Assembly: GCA_951406725.2 (NCBI GenBank)
Contig: OX597821.1
Coordinates: forward strand, 33,790,001 to 33,854,000
Origin: Octopus vulgaris
Taxonomy: Eukaryota
Length of the DNA stretch: 64,000 nt
Direction of reading: 5' to 3'
The notes under the pieces are model-generated. The model had not been told where the DNA came from, did not search any database, and worked only from the letters and a program-made list of their open reading frames with translations. A program made the position numbers and the translations under genes. This document shows, piece after piece, positions 54,977 to 64,000 of the stretch (the first letter of the stretch is position 1; each line of letters begins with the position of its first letter).

Positions 54977-55268
54977 CAGGGATTCTCAACCATTTTTTAT
55001 CCATGGACCCCTTTCATTACTATTTTATTCTGGTGGGCCCTCATAAAACTAATTTTATAGAAGCTTCTTTCAAAATTACTATTTTGCTTCTCACACATTA
55101 ACTTGTGTAGGTTGAACTATGCAAGAAACCTAGCTGTATCTTGCAATGCATACATCTATAGCAAAATTTTTTTCAGTGGATCTCCAATTTTTCTATTTTA
55201 TTGTGTGAACCCCCAAAAATCTTATGTGGACCCTCGGGGACCTCATAGAACCCAACCGAGAACCACTG
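54977..55268. mobile_element. hAT-type MITE with 8-bp TSD
   Basis: CAGGGATTCTCAAC ... GAGAACCACTG; perfect TSD ATCTAAAA at 54969-54976 and 55269-55276. Confidence 0.85.
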
Positions 55269-56021
55269 ATCTAAAAGAAAGAGGAAGAACATATATTACA
55301 TTATATAGATCTGGATGCATCATGCTTGAAAACAATAATATTGATGCTCGTGGATGGATCACCTTTAATTCTAGGTCTGCTGAATCATGGCTTATGTAAC
55401 AGCATCTTTATCTGATTAATCTAGACCAGTGATTCCCAACCATTTTTTTTACCTATGGACCCTTTTGATTCGTATTTTACTCAGGTTGTTCCTCAGAGTC
55501 ATTCAATGTTTTAAAAGAATCCTATCATATTTTTATAATTAAATATTATTAGAAATCGTATAAAAATTCTGAAGATGGCCACAAGTGTGGTCTAGAGTTT
55601 GCTTAACCTGCCTTCTCCAAATATTCTCTGTGAAATATTACACTCAGTCTCACTAAACATTAATACTAATATGACAAATCATTAAGGATCAATCTGAAAG
55701 AGTCACCATCGATTTGTTTGTCAGTTGTTTGCTTAAAAAAAAATGTGTTTTCTTGAAAATCAGAATCCCTATGTATTTGTGCATGTTTCTCACACTCACA
55801 AACACACATATAGATATATGCATGTGTTTCTGTATACTAATATATATTTACATATGTCATATATTTAAATGGATGAATGAATTATCCTTTGTTTACTGTT
55901 AACATGGAAAATTCAATAAACAGTTACCAGGGTAGCAAAATTCACGCAAGTAACACGGATGAAGTGACCTATTAATGTGCAGTAAATGGAGTAGAACGAA
56001 GATGTTATTAAAATTCTTTTA

Positions 56022-56104
56022 CTTTTGACATATGTTTCGAAGACAACATTGGATTTATTCCAAAGGAATAAATGGTGTAAAATGCAATCTTCTCATCCGG
56101 AAAG
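56022..56104 (-). ncRNA. Hammerhead ribozyme-like motif (U4G, GUC site)
   Basis: Minus strand CTTTC-CGGATGA-GAAGA..TCTTC-GAAA-CATATG-TC-AAAAG. Confidence 0.6.
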
Positions 56105-56224
56105 AAAGAGAGCCTATCTCAACAACAAGACAGTATAACAATTACGTTGACTGCCTAAATGATAAACAGAATGTTATTCATAGGTGATATATATATATAT
56201 GTCATATATATATAAATAAATAAA

Positions 56225-56460
56225 TGCTCCCTTTTAAAGCCTAGCCAGGCTCATGGGCCTGGTTTCCTGGTTTCTATGGTGTATGTGTTCCCCAGCCAGT
56301 CCTTCGCAGCGCTACTCATTTTTGCCAGTTGAGTGGACTGGAGCAACGTGAAATGAAGTGTTTTGCTCAAGAGCACAACGCGTCGCCCGGTCCAGGAATC
56401 GAAACCACAATCTTACGATCATGATGCTGAGACCCAAACCACTAAGCCACATGCCTCCAC
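56225..56460 (-). mobile_element. tRNA-derived SINE family D
   Basis: Minus strand GGAGGCATGTGGCTTAGTGG..GGTTTCGATTCC head, then TTGTGCTCTTGAGCAAAACACTT body. Confidence 0.75.
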
Positions 56461-57628
56461 GTCATATATATATGGTAGGAGAATATTGCACTAGTATGAA
56501 AACATACACACAGACACACACACACACACACACACACACATTGTATAGGTAATATCACACAGGTGATGATGAGCATGTGACGGACATGGAGGAGGACAGC
56601 TATATAAACAAATGCTTCACTCTCTAAGTGAATAGAACCTATGGAAGAGATAAGCTGAAGAAGATGATGGGGTGGTGGAGATTGACCTGAAGCACTAGCA
56701 TGGGCAAGAGATGTTAGGGGTGGTCCACCCCAGGTGACACTTTTAATGGGGCACCACTTTAAGATCTTTTGTTTTTGATGGTTTCCGAGGGCAGCAAACA
56801 AAAGGGCCACCCCATGGTGGGACACACTCTAGCTATGCTAGTGACCTGAAGAATCAATTTCTGTGAGGGAGATGACAAACGGTTATTGGTGCCATGTAAT
56901 TCACAAGAAGACCTGTGGAAGTATAGTGAAACAAATGTTGAAATTCTTGTGATGGATGCCAAAAGACATATATTGGTCTATCAGATACAGTTCTTTGTGT
57001 TTATTTTTTCCATTTATTTTCATGTTTTTTGAAATAATGGGAAAAATATTTTTCTGGAAGCATTTTATGGATTTCTTTTTGGTAGCTTTATTTCTTAGCA
57101 ACAAAACAGACAGAAGAATTTCTCAAGAAGCGTTTCAAAGACTTAGGTGAAATCTCAGCTGACCCTGGCATGGGTAGACTCATACAGGATGTGAGGGAAT
57201 TGTAGTACAATGGGAGGTGTGATGGGACTGCAACAAGATTGCTGCAAGCAAATTTGAAAAGGCCAGAGCAACTGTGGTGGATGAGAAATTACAAAGAAGA
57301 GAAGAACCCTTATCATGACCCCCCCCATCTGACCAGAAACTACATATTTACTCGAAGTACCCCAAAGCTTATTGTTCAAGGATCAGTTTACATAGCCCTT
57401 TAAGGCTTTGTCCTTCTTTCACATGAGATTTAAGTTTGAAGAACTGTCCTCCTCCTACTCTATGCCATATGCCCTCAGGCATATGGTGTAGTGGTTAAGA
57501 GCATGAGCTACTAGCCCTAAGATTCCAAATTCAATTCCAAGCAGTGACCTGAACAATAACAATGATGATAATAATAACATCGAAAAATACCTCAGGCATG
57601 AGGAACCCAGGTCCGAAGTTTCCCCAAG

Positions 57629-57672
57629 ACACCTGAAGAAGGCTGGAGGGTATATCAGCCGAAACATTGTGT
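57629..57672 (+). ncRNA. Hammerhead ribozyme-like motif downstream of a tRNA-like head
   Basis: ACAC-CTGAAGA-A-GGCTGG..TCAGCC-GAAA-CA-TT-GTGT. Confidence 0.7.
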
Positions 57673-57737
57673 TGACAACAAACAAGATGAGGACAAATAT
57701 CCTTCGAATGTAAATAATGTACATAATTCCTCATCTC

Positions 57738-58100
57738 TTAAATATAGAACTGTGCTATTTTTCTGTTTTGGGGAATTTTGATCTGAGATCTGTGCAGAGC
57801 CATTCTTTTACATAGACTGTTTTTTGTTTGGCCTATGTATTGCTCTTGACACCCAGAGCAGGTTAGTGTATATATCAGGTTCTCCGAAGCACATGTGGAG
57901 TTTCTTTTCACTGAGAAACGTTGTCCCTGTTTGAAGGAGAACTCTGATCCCTCAATTAAATTGATGCATACCCCACAGTTGGGTCTTCCGCATTTTTTTA
58001 CTGATGGCTTCTGAGTTGTTGAGTGTATTCGAGCTTGTGTTAGGTGACCTTTCATAGATTTGGGTTGTCTCTTGCTTTTTATGATGATGTGTGTTTGGAG
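57738..58100 (-). mobile_element. Penelope-like element fragment: GIY-YIG endonuclease with CxxxxCxxC linker
   Basis: KKCGRPNCGVC...TCASENLIYTLTCSGCQEQYIGQTKNSLCKRMALHR. Confidence 0.85.
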
Positions 58101-58172
58101 GATTATATATATATATATATATAAGGAATAAATGATGACAAAGGAATGAATGATTATCCTGTGAACTTCATT

Positions 58173-58253
58173 AGCTTACAGCTGTTTCTGCTATAAGATG
58201 CAGTTGACTCATAGTTGAGTGCCTGAGTAACACCTTATAGCTTCATCAGAGCC
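58173..58253 (-). ncRNA. Hammerhead ribozyme-like motif with canonical core
   Basis: Minus strand GGCT-CTGATGA-A-GCTATAAG..CTTATAGC-A-GAAA-CAGCTG-TA-AGCT. Confidence 0.75.
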
Positions 58254-58537
58254 TTGAACATCAAGTGTGATTTAATTGGAAAAAACATTTACATTTATGC
58301 ATATACATAGAAAAGCATTACCAATGAGAAAACACGTATGTGAGGAATGAAATCCAGGGGTTCCTCGCATAGTGCCAATTTGAAAAGCACCCGTGCTAGT
58401 GCCATGTATAAAGCATTTTTGTTTGGGACATGTAAAAACAGACAATTGGTGCCTGGTGCAGCTCTCCAGCTTGCTAGATCATGTCAAACAACCTAACCCA
58501 TGCCAGCATGGAAAACAGATGTTAAAGGATGATGATG

Positions 58538-58581
<44 letters not shown>

Positions 58582-58582
58582 T

Positions 58583-58813
58583 CAGCGGTGGCTGGCAGAA
58601 ACGTTAGCATGCTGGGTGAAATGCGTAGCCGTATTTCGTCTATTATTACCTTTTGAGTTCAAATTCCGCCGAGGTCGACTTTGCCTTTCATCCTTTCAGG
58701 GTCAATAAATTAAGTACCAGTTATGCACTGGGGTCGATGTAATCGACTTAATCTGTTTGTCTGTCCTTGTTTGTCCTCTCTGTGTTTAGCCTCTTGAGGG
58801 TAGTAAAGAAATA
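58583..58813 (+). mobile_element. SINE family B
   Basis: Same structure as 31769-32002. Confidence 0.82.
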
Positions 58814-59567
58814 GATTATATATATATATGTGTGTGTGTGTTCATCATGCACTAACATCATGAGCTTATATAATTGATTATTCCTTATATCTTTCATGTT
58901 TTGCTTTCCTCTAGGAATATTTATGAACTATTTCCTTAGATTCCTCAGGATTCTCATCTCCTTCCATCATGGTTTTAAGACACATTAATATGAATGACAA
59001 ACTATGTGAACACAGTGATGATAGTTTTTGAAGACATTGCACAAACGAATGGTCAGTAACATAACAGGTGTTTGCTCTTACTGACCAACCTACACAACGA
59101 AACAGTTCAAAGAGGATTGTGTCTTTGAAAAGTCTGTTGCCACAGGCTGTACTTTTAATGGCTGTCACAGACATAACTTGTCTCACAATAAATCTCATTC
59201 TCCTTTTTTTTCTTCTCTTCTCTCAGTGTCGCTTAAGAGACTATCACACAGAGAAGAGACAGACAGAGGCTGTCATTTAACATTGGTTGTCTACAGTATA
59301 AATCTTGTTTTATATGATGTATTATTTACCTATTCTATCTTTATATGAATTGTAGTTCTTGTAATGATTGTTATAGCCAATAAGTGGAACAAGAAAGCAT
59401 TTTCTATGTAAGTTAATTCCTTAACCCTTTAACTATGAGATTACTCCGTCAAATGTAATGCTTATTTATTCATAGCATTTTGAATTAATCACAAATTATC
59501 TCAGGGTTTCAAGATTTCAATGATGAGATTGTTTTTTCTTTAGAATAACTAGAAAATCTACTCATAT

Positions 59568-59738
59568 AGGCACAGGAGTGGCTGTGTGGTAAGTAGCTTG
59601 CTTACCAACCACATGGGTCCGGGTTCAGTCCCACTGTGTGGCATCTTGGGCAAGTGTTTTCTGCTATAACCCCAGGCCAACCAAAGCCTTGTGAGTAGAT
59701 TTGGTAGACAGAAACTGAAAGAAGCCTGTCGTATATAT

Positions 59739-59774
<36 letters not shown>

Positions 59775-59990
59775 ATATGTTTGTGTGTCTGTGTTTGTCC
59801 CCCTAGCATTGCTTGACAACCGATGTTGGTGTGTTTACGTCGCCGTCACTTAGCGGTTCGGCAAAAGAGACTGCTAGAATAAGTACTGGGCTTACAAAGA
59901 ATAAGTCCCGGGGTCAATTTGCTCGACTAAAGGCAGTGCTCCAGCATGGCCACAGTCAAATGACTGAAACAAGTAAAAGAGTAAAAGAGT
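59568..59990 (+). mobile_element. SINE family A, full length
   Basis: Same structure as 33652-34075. Confidence 0.9.
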
Positions 59991-60096
59991 ACACATATAT
60001 AATAATAAAAATATAAAGAAAAAACGCAAGAAAAAGCAACATGAGGACATGGTACATGCAAAGTATTAAAAGATGCTCAGGGAAGGAAAGAAAAGG

Positions 60097-60133
60097 TGTT
60101 TTATGTTTCAAGCAACGCTCTTCTTCAGAAACA
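60097..60133 (-). ncRNA. Hammerhead ribozyme-like motif (canonical core, extra A)
   Basis: Minus strand TGTTT-CTGAAGA-A-GAGC gtt GCTT-GAAA-CA-TA-AAACA; related to 35305-35342. Confidence 0.7.
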
Positions 60134-60271
60134 GGAGACTGAGGAAAATCCAAGAGAAAAGGAGGACGGAGAAAACAAATCACTAGCAATCCACATGTAG
60201 TTACACACACACATATGTATGTATATATATGTATATATATGTATATATATGTATATATGCATACATATACC

Positions 60272-60355
<84 letters not shown>

Positions 60356-61499
60356 TATACATGCACCAGCATGGCATCAAGGCAGTGCCCCAGCGTGACT
60401 GCAGTCTCATGAATGAAGCAAGTTAATGATAAAAGATTACTGCCTCTTTGCCTTGAGGCGATGTGAATGAGTGTTACTAGTATGCCAACAATTTCCTTCT
60501 TTCATCTTCCAAGGAAACATGCCTGGTTGTGGGGTATTATTACATTACTTGGCGATAGGTGAGGGTTGGGAACAGGAAAGGCATCTGGTTGTAGAAAATC
60601 CACGTCAACAAAGTTGGGTCTAACCTATTCAAGTGGATAATTATAAAACAATGACAACAATGATGATGATGATGATGATTGCGTTGGTGGTGGTGGTAGT
60701 GATGGTAGTGATGATGATAGTAGTGTTGGTGGTGGTGGTGGAGATGATGGTGATGATGCTGATGATGACGATTGTGGTGGTAGTGATGATGGCAATGGTG
60801 GTGGTGGTGGTGGTAGTGGAAATGATGAAGTCGGTGGTATTGGTAGTGGAGGTGGTAGTGGAGATGATGATGATGGGGTGGTGGTGAAGATGGTTATGAC
60901 GATGATGATGATAATGATGACAATGTATACAATTCATAACTTATTTTGCTAAGAATGTTTATCCTTGATATGGTTTCTAAAGCAGGTACAAGTGTCAGTG
61001 GTTGCACCACCAATCGATATCGATACGGGACAAGATCAAAGTTTTTGATTCTGTATGGAAGCTATGTGATATCTGTTGTATTGATTAGTCAACTATTTAT
61101 GATGTAAAGAAGCAGAGGAACAAAAACAAAACAAAACCAACAAAAAAAAACCAACAAAATTATTGAAATTCTATAAATACAGTGATTCCAAATAGCAAAT
61201 GAGTATCAGTAAATCTATGAGAAGTTGGTAAGAATAATCATTTCTACTCTAGGCACAAAGCCCGAAATTTTTGGGGAGTGGTGCCAGTCGATTAGATCGA
61301 CCCCAGTATGCAACTGGTACTTAATTTATTGACTTCGAAAGGATGAAAGGCAGTCCTGTCATATAGCCAGCTGGAGACAATGTCTCCTGGGATTAAATTA
61401 CAGCAACGTTCGTCCTAAACCAGGACTACCATGTTATATTGGCAAAAATCTTTACTCCAAAGTACTATTGTTGAATATCACTCGTGAGATTTAAAAATA

Positions 61500-61868
61500 G
61501 TAATTTTCTAAGATCATTGATGTTATGGAAAACACTGAATGTGACAAGAAGTTGCAAAAGAGATCACCATTTTGGATACCATGTATGTATTAAGTGTAGC
61601 TTGGAAGATCTCTAACCGGACAATCAAACATTGTTGGACCAAAGCGGGTTTTGTTTCGGCCAAAGAATCAAATGAAGCCATAGATGTTAATGAAGATTTG
61701 ATCCTGGCTTCATCACCAAATGGATTGGCCAAAAAGCAATTCAAGAACTGGTTGTCCATAGATGATAGTGCATTTGTTGCTCCGGAGATCATCATCACTG
61801 GAGAAGAAAAACTAGATGAGATCGTTCATGACATTCAGCAATATGAGAAGAAAACATTTTCTATATAA
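61500..61868 (+). mobile_element. Tigger/pogo-type transposase C-terminal remnant
   Basis: ITILDTMYVLSVAWKISNRTIKHCWTKAGF resembles the post-DDE helix motif of Tigger transposases. Confidence 0.65.
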
Positions 61869-61894
61869 CCTTCTACCTCTTTCACTCTTTTACT

Positions 61895-62590
61895 TTTTCA
61901 CTTGTTTCAGTCATCTGACTGCGGCCATGCTGGAGTACTACCTTTAGTCGAGCAGATTGACCCCAGGACTTAGTCTTTGTAAGCTTAGTACTTATTGTAT
62001 CGGTCTCTTTTGCCGAACTGCTAAGTTACAGGGATGTAACCACACCAGCATCGGTTGTCAAGTGATGTTGGGGGGACAAACACAGACACACACACACATA
62101 TATATATATATTATGGCTGCCCCCTCTTTATCGAGTATGGCCATTGCACGAAGCTTAACTGTTACTGGTGCTGTGATAGAATGTGACTTTTTAGCCTAGC
62201 TAAAGATCTACAATGTCTTGTACAGAATTGGCAACTAAAACCTTTACCGGTAACAGCCGGCTGTAGTTGTAACTGGGCTTCATGTACCTTTGCATGTCGT
62301 TTTAGTCCTCCTGCCGAATTACACTCTCTTTCACATGCCCGACAGATATGATTAGTATGGTGTGTTACACCACCACCAGTGGCCAGGTTGTCACTCATCT
62401 GTCTCGCTTTATGACTACACATATATATATACATATTTACGATGTTTCCGTCTACCAAATCCACTCACAAGGTTTTGGTCGGCCCGAGGCCATAGTAAAA
62501 GGCATTTGTCCAAGGTGCCACACAGTGGGACTGAACCCGGAACCATGTGGCTGGAAAGCAAGCTACTTACCACGCAGCCACTCCTGCACC
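61895..62590 (-). mobile_element. SINE family A interrupted at its internal microsatellite
   Basis: Tail at 61895-62100 and head at 62440-62590 flank an insertion. Confidence 0.8.
62113..62412 (-). mobile_element. LINE 3' fragment encoding two C2H2 zinc fingers
   Basis: ICRACERECNSAGGLKRHAKVH and FSCQFCTRHCRSLARLKSHILSQH, then a short 3' UTR, nested in a SINE between CACATATATATA-like flanks. Confidence 0.6.
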
Positions 62591-62775
62591 TCACACATAT
62601 TTTCCATATAACCTACCTCAACATGCATTTTCCACATAATCTTCCCCGACATACATCACACATTTTCCACATAACCTGCCTCTATATACGTTTTCTATAT
62701 AACCTTCCCCTACTTTACGCAATTTCTGTATAACCTCTTCCACATACATTTTCTGCCATGTGCCAATGTAAAGAA

Positions 62776-62811
<36 letters not shown>

Positions 62812-63655
62812 GGTATACATATACATAAGTTCTTTCGATAGCACAGAGAGAAAGAAAAATCCTTTGCTTACATAGACATGTATCCAATGATATAATGCAC
62901 TTATGCATGAATGGTATGTAAGTGCTGGCATATCATTTTTTAGCAGATTCATTGAAAAAAAAATCATGGAAATTGTTGGTTGTCATAAAGATGTAGTCAA
63001 TAGATGCAGAACAAACTCTTAGACAATCAATCAATATAGGTTGCTTGTATCAAACCCATTGAATCAATAATCAATAAACATTTTCCATTTTTTTTTTGTT
63101 AGTTTTACTCATTTTTTTTTCCTATTTTTTTTTTCTCCCGTTTCTTTGGGAAGTTATAGTTGTTTGTATAAACATCAAGTCTTTAGCCGTTTATTATTAT
63201 CATTGTTGTGTTTAATAATATTGTTGCCAATCCTGCCACCATTGCCGCCAATGCAGCTCCTGCAACTCCTGCTGCTGCTGCTGCTCCTACTGTTACTACT
63301 ACTACTACTACTACTACTTGTTGATGAAGTTGTTATTGCAGTTCTTCTCCTCCCTTCTTCCTCCTCTGTCCTTTGCTCTCCTCCTTTTCATCCTTCATCC
63401 CTTCTTTGTCTCCTCCTCCTCCTCCTCCCCTTCCCCCTCCTGCTGCTCCCCCCCTCCTCCTCCTCAGCATTGAAACAAAATGCCTTGTATTTCTTCTGAC
63501 TCATTGAATTCTGAGTTCAAATCCTGCCATGGTTAACTTTGTCTTTCATCCATCTGGGAGTCAAAAAAGTAAGGTACTAGGGTTAATAATATTGGGTAAC
63601 CCCTTTTTCCACAGATTGCAGGCACAAGGCCAGCAATCTGTGGGAAGGGGGCTTG

Positions 63656-63690
<35 letters not shown>

Positions 63691-64000
63691 GTCGTTGTCA
63701 TCATCGCCATCATCATCATCATCATCACTATTATTAAGTGAGAGTTAAGTGTGTGTCATCAAAGTGACACTGTGTTACAAATATACGAAACTCGATATAC
63801 CCATCATGACTACCCGTCTGACAAGGGTACACCAGGCACAGGCATCACAACCATATCTGCATGACATGAGGATCTCATATCAAGATAAGCAGGCGAGGCC
63901 CAGTTAGAATTTTCTTCAGTTTAATTAGCCCATCCCACTCAAAAGGTCCCTGAATAAGGGTTCTTTAAGGATGATGAATGAAACACTCATGTTTCCAGGA

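Noticed and set aside
58890-59000. Strong splice acceptor (TTTTGCTTTCCTCTAG) suggesting a coding exon
   Set aside because: All three downstream frames stop within about 25 codons and no product is recognisable.
62162-62464. Host C2H2 zinc-finger gene
   Set aside because: Only two fingers, nested inside a SINE with no gene structure; better explained as a LINE 3' fragment.

Overview
AT-rich, microsatellite-dense animal genomic DNA. The SINE families, RTE LINEs and (TA)n/(CA)n load look like an octopus (coleoid cephalopod); this is inference. The only convincing host coding sequence is a single-exon, 79-aa G-protein gamma-subunit-like ORF ending in a CaaX box (45585-45824, +). The rest is mostly mobile DNA: a near-intact, full-length RTE LINE (APE-RT-PHD, one homopolymer frameshift, tandemly repeated 3' UTR) with many 5'-truncated relatives; two decayed hAT copies; a decayed mariner; Tigger, CRE-type and Penelope GIY-YIG remnants; MITEs with target-site duplications (TSDs); non-autonomous Helitrons; and several tRNA-derived SINE families. 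The most striking unexplained signal is ten minimal type-I hammerhead-ribozyme-like motifs at eight loci, found by eye and mostly in (TA)n-flanked inserts. They include apparent compensatory 3-8 core variants (U3-A8, G3-C8), foldback pairs, and one motif fused to a tRNA-like head next to a Penelope GIY-YIG fragment. Coordinates were read by hand and repeat ends are approximate.
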